A DNA stretch of 64,000 nucleotides from an uncultured Acidobacteriota bacterium (GTDB taxonomy: Bacteria; Acidobacteriota; Terriglobia; Terriglobales; Acidobacteriaceae): NCBI GenBank assembly GCA_963832785.1, contig CAWHVF010000011.1:80-64079 (forward strand), given 5' to 3'. The translations under genes were made by a program, and so were the position numbers. Position 1 is the stretch's first letter. Every line of letters begins with the position of its first letter. This document shows positions 28,461-37,407 of the stretch, piece after piece. The notes under the pieces were generated by a model. The model worked only from the letters and a program-made list of their open reading frames with translations, searched no databases and was not told the DNA's origin.

Positions 28461-29720
28461 ATGAGTAAGCTCGTCCCACCGCATGGTAGTTCAGAGTTGA
28501 ACCCCCTGCTGCTTGAAGGTCAGGCGCGGAGCGAGGAAGTCAAGCGCGCGCAGGGCCTGAAGAAGGTCATGATCACCAGCCGTGAAAGTGGCGACCTGAT
28601 GATGATGGGCATCGGCGCTTTCACCCCGCTTGACGGCTTTATGGGCAGGCAAGACTGGCTGAGCGTGTGCGACAACTACACCATGCCCAGCAAGAAGGGC
28701 TTGTTCTGGCCCATTCCCGTTACCCTTTCGGCCAGCGAAGATGTTGCCAAATCGATTGCCATCAACCAGGAAGTGGCGCTCTGGGATACGGAGGCCAACG
28801 AACTGGTGGCGACCATGAAGGTGGCCGAGAAGTACACCATCGACAAGAAGCACGAGTGCAAGCAGGTCTTCCGCACCGACGACCCCGAGCACCCGGGCGT
28901 GCAGAAGGTCATGGAGCAGGGCCCGGTGAACCTTGCCGGACCGGTGAAGGTCGTCTCCGAGATGTTCTTCCCCAGCGAGTTCAAGGGCATCTATGAGCGT
29001 CCGGCGGAAGCCCGCAAGCAGTTCGAGGAGCGTGGCTGGAACACGGTGGCTGCCTTGCAGTTGCGCAATCCCATGCACAACTCGCATGCCTATCTGGCCT
29101 GGATCGCCATCGAGATCTGCGACGGCGTTTATGTTCACCAGTTGCTGGGCAAGCTGAAGCCCGGCGACATTCCGGCCGACGTGCGCGTGCGCGCCATCGA
29201 CGCGCTGGTCAGCAAGTACTTCCGCAAGGAGCGCGTGATCCAGGGCGGATATCCGATGGAGATGCGCTATGCCGGGCCGCGCGAGGCATTGTTGCATGCC
29301 CTGTTCAGACAGAACTACGGCTGCTCGCACCTGATCGTGGGCCGCGACCACGCCGGCGTGGGCAATTACTACGGCCCCTTCGACGCGCAGAAGATCTTCA
29401 AGGAAGTTCCGGCCGGCGCCCTGGCAATTCAGCCGCTGCCGCTGGATTGGACCTTCTACTGCTACGAGTGCGGCTCCATGGCTTCCATGAAGACCTGCCC
29501 GCACGAGAGCAAGGCGGTGATCGACGACAATGGCAACTACAAGGGCGGCGCCCGGCTGCTGCTGTCCGGCACCATGCTGCGCAAGCTGATGAGCGAGAAC
29601 AAGCCGGTTCCGGCCGAGTTCTCCAAGCCCGAAGTAATCGCTGTATTGAAGGAGTACTACGACAAACTGGAAACCAGAACGGAGGTGAAACTGCACAAAG
29701 CCGCAACAGGTGAGAAGTAG
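28461..29720 (+). CDS. sat: Sulfate adenylyltransferase (ATP sulfurylase)
   Basis: [10 protein letters not shown] and GRDHAGVG motifs. AGGAGA SD lies before ATG at 28461. Confidence 0.95.
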   Translation: MSKLVPPHGSSELNPLLLEGQARSEEVKRAQGLKKVMITSRESGDLMMMGIGAFTPLDGFMGRQDWLSVCDNYTMPSKKGLFWPIPVTLSASEDVAKSIAINQEVALWDTEANELVATMKVAEKYTIDKKHECKQVFRTDDPEHPGVQKVMEQGPVNLAGPVKVVSEMFFPSEFKGIYERPAEARKQFEERGWNTVAALQLRNPMHNSHAYLAWIAIEICDGVYVHQLLGKLKPGDIPADVRVRAIDALVSKYFRKERVIQGGYPMEMRYAGPREALLHALFRQNYGCSHLIVGRDHAGVGNYYGPFDAQKIFKEVPAGALAIQPLPLDWTFYCYECGSMASMKTCPHESKAVIDDNGNYKGGARLLLSGTMLRKLMSENKPVPAEFSKPEVIAVLKEYYDKLETRTEVKLHKAATGEK

Positions 29721-30126
29721 GCGCCGGCCGCGAGGCACGGACGGCGCCGGCCGCGTGCTGGCTCCGGCAAGCCCGACTCAGGCCTGCCGGGCGCTTTCAG
29801 ATCACCGGCTGCGCACGAAGGCGCGCTTCCAACCGCCGGGTAGCCCAGCAACGCCGTCGTGGCATTGCTGGGATGCCCGCCAGGAGGCCGCAACCTGAGC
29901 GTTGCGGCTCTCCGTGCGGATCAAAAAAACAGAAAGCAAAGCTGATGATGTACGTACGTCCAATCCGATCGTCGGCGAACTCCCATCTTTCATATTCTCG
30001 CTGGGGAATCTCATTTTTCATATCCATAGCTTTGGCGTCTCCGAGCGTTCGGGTTCGGGTTTATTCTCAAGACAATTTGGCTCAAGGTTCGAGGTCTTTG
30101 AGCGGGATAGCAAGGAGGAGCAGAGA

Positions 30127-30420
30127 ATGCGCAAGCTTTCTTGGAAGTTGCTCGGGATAATAACGGTGCTGCTGTTGCTTTCCGGACAGTTGTTTGCGGC
30201 CGGAGGCGGCGGCGCCGGTATCGTCATGGTTGCCGATACTCGTAAGTTCAGCGGTCTGGAAGCCTGGTGGGGCAATGTGTACAACGAAGGGCATGCAATG
30301 TTTACGCTTGTGACCTGCATTATAGTTCCCGTTTTCGGTTGCCTTTTGGGGATGCTTGCCGACTTCGTAATGGCCCGCCTGGGTATCGATCTGAAGAAAC
30401 GCGTTCTGGCCGAACACTAG
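30127..30420 (+). CDS. Small membrane protein (signal/anchor plus one C-terminal TM helix), unknown function
   Basis: MRKLSWKLLGIITVLLLLSGQLFAAGGGG...FTLVTCIIVPVFGCLLGMLADFV. AAGGAGGAG SD is present. The gene ends 40 nt before the TSUP gene. Confidence 0.6.
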   Translation: MRKLSWKLLGIITVLLLLSGQLFAAGGGGAGIVMVADTRKFSGLEAWWGNVYNEGHAMFTLVTCIIVPVFGCLLGMLADFVMARLGIDLKKRVLAEH

Positions 30421-30460
30421 GTGGCTGGAATCGGGTGTGGCGACACACCAGGAGGGAATA

Positions 30461-31537
30461 ATGGACTGGCTACATTTATTTATGCCCATTTCCGGTGTCC
30501 CGATCTTCTGGCCAGGACTAATCATATTGGGCTTCGGGGTGGGTATTATTGGCGGTTTTTTCGGCATGGCAGGGGCGTGGATGGTGACTCCCGGCCTGAA
30601 CATTTTGGGCTTTCCCATGGCCTTTGCCATTGGGACCGACGTGGCGCACATGGCGGGCAAATCGATCATCTCCACCATGCGGCACGCCAAGTTCGGCAAC
30701 GTGGATTACAAGCTCGGCTGCATCATGATCATCGGCACCGTGGGCGGATTCGAGGTCGGCGCGCGCATAATCATGTGGCTGGAGCGCATTGGCGAAATTA
30801 ACCTGGTGGTTCGTTGGCTGTACGTCGTGCTGCTGACTTGTATCGCCTGGATGGTCTTTGCCGACGTCTCCAAGCGAAAGAGAAAGGAGCGCGAAGCTCT
30901 GGCCGCCGGTCAGAAGCTGGATCCGCTGGCCACCGGCCTGGAGTGGCACAAGTGGCTGCACAAGATCAAGATTCCCCCGGTCATGGAATTCAAGACCGCG
31001 GGCATCCGCTGCTCGGCCTGGCTGCCGATTGGCATCAGCTTTCTCACCGGGGCTCTGGCAGGAATACTAGGAATCGGCGGCGGCCTGATCCGCATGCCTT
31101 CGCTGATCTACCTGGTCGGCGTTCCCACTCACATTGCCGTAGGCACGGACTTGTTTGAAGTCATAGTCTCCGGACTGTACGGAACGGCGACCTACAGTTA
31201 CAAGGGACGCGTCGAACTGCTGGCTGCTCTGATCATGCTGTGCGGCGCGGCCGTTGGGGCGCAGATCGGCACGGTGGCAACAAAGTACGTAAAAGGTTAC
31301 GGCATTCGTATCTTCTTCGGCCTGGCCGTGATCGGTTGCGAACTGTCGGTGATCATGAAGCTGCTTCCCATGTATTACCCGGCCCTGAAATCGTTCACGG
31401 ATGTGGCGGCAACTGTCTTGATCCTGGGAGTCGTGTCCGGCATTTCACTTTATATCTTCATTGCGTTCCTTAAAGGCGTAATTGAGGAACGGGCACAACT
31501 GCGCGCCAAAAAAGCCTTCGGCGCTCATGCCGACTGA
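30461..31537 (+). CDS. TSUP (TauE/SafE) family anion permease with enlarged central loop
   Basis: There are two homologous halves, each with a glycine-rich helix (GIIGGFFGMAGAWMVTP; GILGIGGGLIRMP). A charged central loop (KRKRKEREALAAGQKLD...) separates them. AGGAGG SD is present. Confidence 0.85.
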   Translation: MDWLHLFMPISGVPIFWPGLIILGFGVGIIGGFFGMAGAWMVTPGLNILGFPMAFAIGTDVAHMAGKSIISTMRHAKFGNVDYKLGCIMIIGTVGGFEVGARIIMWLERIGEINLVVRWLYVVLLTCIAWMVFADVSKRKRKEREALAAGQKLDPLATGLEWHKWLHKIKIPPVMEFKTAGIRCSAWLPIGISFLTGALAGILGIGGGLIRMPSLIYLVGVPTHIAVGTDLFEVIVSGLYGTATYSYKGRVELLAALIMLCGAAVGAQIGTVATKYVKGYGIRIFFGLAVIGCELSVIMKLLPMYYPALKSFTDVAATVLILGVVSGISLYIFIAFLKGVIEERAQLRAKKAFGAHAD

Positions 31538-31552
31538 GGGAAGGAGCGAACT

Positions 31553-32149
31553 ATGGCTGCAAACGGACAAAGAATGAAGTTGTTCCTGGTCTGCGCCGCC
31601 GCGTTGCTGGCCTTCGGATGCGGCAATTATGGCAGCGTCGAGCAGGGACGCGTAATCGCCTTCGATAAACAGAAGGGAGAAGTGACAATCATTCGCGACT
31701 CGGCCGCAGCCCGGGGTAAGCCGCAGTATGATGCGCTGCCTCCGGTGAGCGTGAAAGTTCCCGCGGACCACAGCGAAATGGGAGCGGAGCCGGCGGTAGG
31801 CAAACGGCTGGCACTGGATACGGCCAGGAAATCGGTGGTCTTCTTCGACACGAAGTCGAATTTGATCAAGACGGTTACCTACACGGTTGTCAGCGAGCTC
31901 TCGAACGTGGCCAGCGATGACCCGCGGGTGAAAGGCGTGAAGTTCCCGGTCGTTGATCGCCAGAACAAGGTGATTACGATCTACTCGTCCAGCGAGAAGA
32001 AGCTTATAAAGTTCACCGTAGCGGACGAGTATTTCTCCCTTCCGGATGATACCTGGAAATCTGGCGACGAGATCCGCTACTACTACAAACAGCCGGGCCA
32101 GGCCCTGCGCATGATGAACGTCACCACCACGAACGTCATGAAAGGGTAG
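31553..32149 (+). CDS. Lipoprotein of unknown function
   Basis: The signal peptide has lipobox LLAFGCG. The mature domain is soluble and about 175 aa. GAAGGAG SD is present. Confidence 0.7.
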   Translation: MAANGQRMKLFLVCAAALLAFGCGNYGSVEQGRVIAFDKQKGEVTIIRDSAAARGKPQYDALPPVSVKVPADHSEMGAEPAVGKRLALDTARKSVVFFDTKSNLIKTVTYTVVSELSNVASDDPRVKGVKFPVVDRQNKVITIYSSSEKKLIKFTVADEYFSLPDDTWKSGDEIRYYYKQPGQALRMMNVTTTNVMKG

Positions 32150-32432
32150 GCTCGAAACCTAAGAAGCGCCCGTTTTGAATGAGGCGCGCGTTTGCTTATT
32201 CCCGGCCCGCGCTCTTTGCGGGTCGGGCACCCAGCTTGATGCGCTTTTGTGTCCGCCGGGAGAGTTTGCTTGTGCCTCGTAGCTTGAGCAGGACACTCCC
32301 CGGTTATAAACCGGCACTTTTGGCGGGCGCAGGTTTTCACGAATCAGTGATTCCAGATAGTTTTACGCGGTTTTGACCTTCCGGCGCTTGTTTGAGAGAC
32401 TGTGTGCGGGCAAGCGCCAGCAGGAGAGTTTC

Positions 32433-35009
32433 ATGTGGTTTGGGTGGTGGCGGAAAAAGAAGGCGCCGCTGGAGCCGGCCGGCTCGGTGCAGGAAAGGCT
32501 TCGTGTCCGCTACACCGCTTTTCGCGGGCTGCTGGCGCTCAACAACGAATGCCTGGAGCTGCTGGCCGGCATTCAGGAAGACCTGCAATTCACCCATCCG
32601 ACCTCCGATCTGCTTAGCGAGCGCGTTGAGACCATTTTCCGCAAGACGGCCGAAGTGGTGGCCGAGTTGGAGCGCTTGACCGGCTACGACCAGGAAGCGC
32701 TGCTGCAGGCTGTCAGCTCCCAGCGCCAGGAAGTGGAACACTACCTGGCAAAACTGGAGTTGAAACCGCAAAACGTTTCGGCTTCACTGTCTGAGGTCGA
32801 TGCCGGTTCGGCCGCCGTGGTTGGGGCCAAGGCCGCGGCGCTGGGCGAAATCAAGAACAAGCTGAAGCTGCCAGTGCCGGACGGCTTCGTGCTGACCGCG
32901 CAGGCATACCGCGACTTCTGCGGCATCCCTTTGTGGCAGCAGATCCGGGACGCCACCCGCAACCTGGACCTCAACGAGTTGAGCTTGCTGCGCCAGGCTT
33001 CAAACCACTTGACCAAACTGGTCATGTCGGCGCCCATACCGCGAAGAATCGAGGTGGCTCTCACTGAGCGCGCGCTGGCATTGCAGCGGGCCGGGCTGGC
33101 CATTGCGGTACGCTCCAGCGCCGTCGGAGAAGGCGGCGAAAAGACCTTCGCCGGCCAGTTCATCAGCATTCTCAATGTTCCCCTGGAGCAGGTGGTCAAC
33201 GCCTACAAACGGGTCATTGCCGGGCGCTTCAGCGAACGCGCGCTGTTTTATCGCCTGTCGGCGGGTTTGCCTGAAATAGACAGCCCCATGGCGGTGTTGT
33301 GTCTCGGGGTGGTGCGCGCCACCTCGGCCGGAATCATCTACACCCGAGACCCAAAGGATCCGAAGCTCGACGCGCTCTGGATCACGGCCACGCGCGGCTT
33401 CGGCGTGGACATCGCCAGCGGCCAAGTCCCCGCCGACCTGTTTGTTCTGGAGCGCAACTGGCCTCACCGGGTCCTGGAGCAGAACATCGTGCCCAAGACC
33501 GAGCAGGTTGTGCTCGCGCCCGAAGGCGGAATACTGCGCCAGCCCACGCCGCCGGAAGACGCCGCCGCCCCCAGCCTGAACCAGAAGCAACTGGCGCTGC
33601 TGGCCGACTGGGCGCTGCGAATCGAGAAGCACTTTGGCGCGCCGCAGGATATCGAGTGGGCATGGGACGACCTTGGCCAGGCCTGGATTGTGCAGGCGCG
33701 GCCGCTGGCGCTGGCCGATTCGCCGCAGGTGCGAAACCGGGCACGCGCCAAGGGCGAACCCATTCTGGCAGGCGGTCTCACGGTGTATCCCGGCCGGGTT
33801 TCCGGACCGGCGTTCCTGGCGGGCGATCTGAAAGCGCTGAGCGAGACTCCCGAGGGCGCCATTTTGTTTTTGCGCAAGGCGTCGCCGGAGATCGTGACGG
33901 TTTTCCCCCGCGTTTCCGGCGTGGTAGCGGAACTGGGAAATGTCGCCGGTCATGCCGCCTCGCTGTTGCGCGAGGCCAAGATTCCGTCGGTCTTCGGAAT
34001 GGCCGGCGTTTTTGACCGCGTAAAGCGGGGCGATGCGGTCAGCCTGGACGCGGTGCAGCCACGAATCTATCCCGGCTCGCTATGGCCGCCGCGCGCCGTG
34101 GAAGCCAATATCCGGGAACGATACGGCGAAAAGGCAAGCGACGACGACCCCATCAACCGGCGCCTGCTGGCGCTTCACCTGCTGGACCCGCTGGGAACGC
34201 GGTTCCGGCCGTCAGGCTGCAAATCCGCGCACGACGTGCTGCGCTACTGCCACGAAAAAGGCATCGAAGCGATGTTCGCCGTCAATGACAGCGTGCTGGA
34301 AGGAGGTCTGGCCGCCGCCAAGCAGTTGGTGGCGCCGGTGCCGGTCAACATCCATGTGCTCGATCTGGGGGGCGGGCTGGCGCTGGCGAATCCGGCAGTT
34401 TCACGGGTCGCGCCGGCGGAGATCGTCTCGGCTCCTTTTCAGGCGCTCTGGCGCGGGCTGACGCATCCCGGGGTGAGCTGGCAGCGCGAAATGCCCGCCA
34501 GCTTCTCGGACATGGCTTCCGTCATGGCCAACACCTTGACCTCTTCCAACGCAGCCATGCGCGCCCTGGGAGACCGCAGCTACCTGCTGGTCGCCAAGGA
34601 GTACATGAACCTCAATTCGCGGCTGGCATATCACTTTACGCTGGTGGACGCCTGCGTCTCCGACATTGCCAGCCACAACTACATCTCCTTCCGCTTCGCC
34701 GGCGGAGGGGCAACCCCGTACCGGCGCAATCTGCGGGCCTGCTTCATCGACGCCTGCCTTTCGCACTACGGTTTTCTGGTGGACCGCCGCAACGACCTGG
34801 TGAATGCCTGGTTCAAGAAGGCGCCCGCCGAGGAAACCCGGGCGCAGCTCGATATGCTGGGGCGCCTCATGGCCTGCACCACGCAGTTGGATATGTACAT
34901 GACCAATACCGCCACCATGCGCTGGTACGTGCAGCAGTTCCTGGAAGGCAATTATGCTTTCCGGGCCGTTGAAACTTCCGCTAAGACCAACACTTCCGAA
35001 GGCAGCTAG
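32433..35009 (+). CDS. PEP-utilising-enzyme family protein (PpsA/PPDK-like ATP-grasp plus swivel His domain) with non-canonical N- and C-terminal regions
   Basis: VVGAKAAALGEIKNKLKLPVPDGFVLTAQAY is a PPDK_N-type start. The mobile domain is GRVSGPAFL...VVAELGNVAGHAASLLREAKIPSVFG, with the phospho-His context GHAA. I could not recognise the PEP/pyruvate TIM-barrel motifs in the last roughly 300 aa. Confidence 0.75.
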   Translation: MWFGWWRKKKAPLEPAGSVQERLRVRYTAFRGLLALNNECLELLAGIQEDLQFTHPTSDLLSERVETIFRKTAEVVAELERLTGYDQEALLQAVSSQRQEVEHYLAKLELKPQNVSASLSEVDAGSAAVVGAKAAALGEIKNKLKLPVPDGFVLTAQAYRDFCGIPLWQQIRDATRNLDLNELSLLRQASNHLTKLVMSAPIPRRIEVALTERALALQRAGLAIAVRSSAVGEGGEKTFAGQFISILNVPLEQVVNAYKRVIAGRFSERALFYRLSAGLPEIDSPMAVLCLGVVRATSAGIIYTRDPKDPKLDALWITATRGFGVDIASGQVPADLFVLERNWPHRVLEQNIVPKTEQVVLAPEGGILRQPTPPEDAAAPSLNQKQLALLADWALRIEKHFGAPQDIEWAWDDLGQAWIVQARPLALADSPQVRNRARAKGEPILAGGLTVYPGRVSGPAFLAGDLKALSETPEGAILFLRKASPEIVTVFPRVSGVVAELGNVAGHAASLLREAKIPSVFGMAGVFDRVKRGDAVSLDAVQPRIYPGSLWPPRAVEANIRERYGEKASDDDPINRRLLALHLLDPLGTRFRPSGCKSAHDVLRYCHEKGIEAMFAVNDSVLEGGLAAAKQLVAPVPVNIHVLDLGGGLALANPAVSRVAPAEIVSAPFQALWRGLTHPGVSWQREMPASFSDMASVMANTLTSSNAAMRALGDRSYLLVAKEYMNLNSRLAYHFTLVDACVSDIASHNYISFRFAGGGATPYRRNLRACFIDACLSHYGFLVDRRNDLVNAWFKKAPAEETRAQLDMLGRLMACTTQLDMYMTNTATMRWYVQQFLEGNYAFRAVETSAKTNTSEGS

Positions 35010-35063
35010 TATGTCGGCGCGATTCTCCGCCCGGGCGGTCCCATGCGCAGCCGGTCAAGGCCT

Positions 35064-35078
35064 GTTGCAAATTGCAAC
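35064..35078. promoter_or_regulatory. Perfect 15-bp palindrome GTTGCAA-A-TTGCAAC upstream of the first tandem TSUP gene (possible operator)
   Basis: Read directly from the sequence. It lies about 25 nt upstream of the Crp-like box. Confidence 0.3.
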
Positions 35079-35104
35079 GGTTGCCAGCCACTTCACAATT
35101 GTGA

Positions 35105-35120
35105 CGTGACTCAACGCACA
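35105..35120. promoter_or_regulatory. Crp/Fnr-type box cGTGA-N6-gCACA in the conserved promoter block of TSUP copy 1
   Basis: CGTGACTCAACGCACA, preceded by an overlapping TTGTGA and followed by TATAGC (35137-35142). The block is duplicated before copy 2. Confidence 0.4.
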
Positions 35121-35154
35121 TATTTACGCGCTCGCCTATAGCAAGTTAGCAAAT

Positions 35155-36201
35155 ATGGCCATGTGGTTGGCGATTGCCGCCGCACTCTCGCTTGGCTTGC
35201 CCATTCTCCTGCCAGTGGCGGGAGTGTCGATCAACATGGGCCTGCTGGTCTCGGTAGGGCTGGGGATCGGATTTTTGTCCGGATTGCTGGGGGTTGGCGG
35301 CGGCTTCCTCACAACTCCCATTCTGATGATGATCGGCATCCCGCCGATTTTCGCCATATCTTCCGATACCAACGCCATCGTCGCCACCTCGGCTTCGGGC
35401 GTGGCCGCTCACTTTCGCCTCAACAATGTCGATTTCAAGATGGGCGCCTACTGCGTGCTGGGCGGCCTGGGCGGCTCGGCGATAGGCGTGCCGCTGGTCA
35501 GAATGCTGCGCAACCGGGGCGAAGCTGACTTTTTGATCAGCGTGATGTACATCGTAGTGCTGGGGGCGGTCGGCGGATTCATGGTCTACAACAGCATCCG
35601 GAGGCTGCGCAGCGGGGTGATGACGCAGGCGGTGCATAAGCCCGCTGACAACGCTTTCGGAATCTTTCTGGCGCGCCTGCCCTTGCAGACCGGCTTTCCG
35701 AGATCAGGCGTGCGGCATTCGGCGCTGCTGCCGCTGGGGCTGTGCATTATTGTCGGAATCATGACGGCGGTGATGGGTGTTGGCGGCGGATTCATCCTGG
35801 TGCCGGTCATGGTTTACCTGCTGCGCATGCCGGCGCACGTGGCCGTGGGCACCGGCCTGTTCCAGATCCTGTTTACCTGTATCGGCGTGACCGTCATGCA
35901 GGCCACCAGCAATCACAGTGTCGACATCGTGCTGGCGCTGCTGATCGCGGCCGGTTCAACCATCGGCGCGCAGCTCGGAGCCCGGGCCAGCCGCCACCTG
36001 CGGGGCGAGCAACTGCTGATCGTGCTGGGAGTTCTGGCGCTGGCCGTGTGCCTGAAGATGGTGGTCGGGCTCGTGCTGCCCCCGTCCAACCCGCTTTCGG
36101 TCACCCATCTTCATGCCCGGCTGCAAGCGGAACCCGGCACGACGCGCGCCTCGGCAGCGGCGATTTTTAGACACATAGCCGGCCGGGAAATCCGGCACTA
36201 G
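35155..36201 (+). CDS. TSUP (TauE/SafE) family permease, tandem paralogue 1
   Basis: GLLGVGGGFLTTP and MGVGGGFILVP motifs, one in each half. It is roughly four-fifths identical to the next gene by eye. There is no SD and only about 12 nt between the putative -10 and the ATG. Confidence 0.85.
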   Translation: MAMWLAIAAALSLGLPILLPVAGVSINMGLLVSVGLGIGFLSGLLGVGGGFLTTPILMMIGIPPIFAISSDTNAIVATSASGVAAHFRLNNVDFKMGAYCVLGGLGGSAIGVPLVRMLRNRGEADFLISVMYIVVLGAVGGFMVYNSIRRLRSGVMTQAVHKPADNAFGIFLARLPLQTGFPRSGVRHSALLPLGLCIIVGIMTAVMGVGGGFILVPVMVYLLRMPAHVAVGTGLFQILFTCIGVTVMQATSNHSVDIVLALLIAAGSTIGAQLGARASRHLRGEQLLIVLGVLALAVCLKMVVGLVLPPSNPLSVTHLHARLQAEPGTTRASAAAIFRHIAGREIRH

Positions 36202-36246
36202 AGTTTATGAGGATGACAATGGCTGCCGCGAATGTCACAGTTGTGA

Positions 36247-36262
36247 TGTGATCCAACGCACA
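36247..36262. promoter_or_regulatory. Crp/Fnr-type box TGTGA-N6-gCACA in the conserved promoter block of TSUP copy 2
   Basis: TGTGATCCAACGCACA. The surrounding roughly 55 nt (36235-36290) align with 35095-35150 with only a few mismatches. Confidence 0.4.
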
Positions 36263-36372
36263 TATTTACGTGCTTACCTATAGCAATTTAGGACGATCAA
36301 CCTTCTCGGCTGTTCACGGCCGGATTAGTTACAGGCTGGGCGTTCGATTTCTGGGGTGAGGATTCGGGCCTT

Positions 36373-37407
36373 ATGGGTACGTTGTTGGTAATTGCCGCCG
36401 CACTCTCCCTTGGGTTACCCCTGCTCCTGCCGATTGCGGGGGTGTCGATAAACATGGGACTGCTGGTCTCAGTGGGCCTGGCGATCGGTTTTTTGTCCGG
36501 GCTGCTGGGCGTGGGCGGCGGGTTCCTGATGACCCCTATCCTGATGATGATCGGCATTCCGCCGATTGTCGCCGCCGCCTCGGACGCCAACGCCATTATA
36601 GCCACTTCCGCCTCGGGGGTCGCCGCTCACTTCCGTTTGAATAATGTCGATTTCAAGATGGGCGCCAACTGCCTGATCGGCGGCCTGTGCGGTTCGGCGG
36701 TAGGCGTGCAGGCGGTCAGGATTCTGCGGGCCCGCGGCGAAGCCGACCTGCTGATCAGCGTGATGTACATCGTGGTGCTGGGCGCTGTCGGCGGCTTCAT
36801 GGTTTACAACAGCGTGCAGAGGCTGCGCCGCGGAGTCATGATCCGGGAAGCGCGCACGCGCGGCCCTCATTCGCTGACGACCATGCTGGCGCGCCTGCCT
36901 CTGCAGACCGAGTACCTGAGATCGGGGGTGCGGCATTCGGCGCTGGTGCCATTCGCCCTCTGTTTCATGGTTGGAATCATGACCGCGGTCATGGGAGTCG
37001 GCGGCGGATTCATCATGGTGCCGGTCATGGTTTACCTGCTGCGCATGCCGGCGCACGTGGCCGTGGGCACCGATCTGTTCCAGATTTTGTTCACCTGCAT
37101 CGGCGTGACCGTCATGCAGGCTGCCAGCAATCACACCGTGGACGTCGTGCTGGCGCTGTTGATTGCGGCCGGCTCGACCATCGGCGCGCAGTTGGGAGCC
37201 CGGGCCAGCCGCCACCTGCGGGGCGAGCAACTGCTGATCGTACTGGGAGTTCTGGCGCTGGCCGTGTGCCTGAAGATGGTGGTCGGAATCGTGTTGACCC
37301 CAGCCAACCCGCTTTCCGGCGCAGACGCTCACGCCACGCTGCGAGCGAAGCCCGGCACGCCAATCCTCAGCGTGCGGGATTTCGCGAGGTCACCGATATG
37401 GCACTGA
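36373..37407 (+). CDS. TSUP (TauE/SafE) family permease, tandem paralogue 2
   Basis: Same motifs as copy 1. GGTGAGGA SD is present. Its stop overlaps the next gene by 10 nt. Confidence 0.85.
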   Translation: MGTLLVIAAALSLGLPLLLPIAGVSINMGLLVSVGLAIGFLSGLLGVGGGFLMTPILMMIGIPPIVAAASDANAIIATSASGVAAHFRLNNVDFKMGANCLIGGLCGSAVGVQAVRILRARGEADLLISVMYIVVLGAVGGFMVYNSVQRLRRGVMIREARTRGPHSLTTMLARLPLQTEYLRSGVRHSALVPFALCFMVGIMTAVMGVGGGFIMVPVMVYLLRMPAHVAVGTDLFQILFTCIGVTVMQAASNHTVDVVLALLIAAGSTIGAQLGARASRHLRGEQLLIVLGVLALAVCLKMVVGIVLTPANPLSGADAHATLRAKPGTPILSVRDFARSPIWH

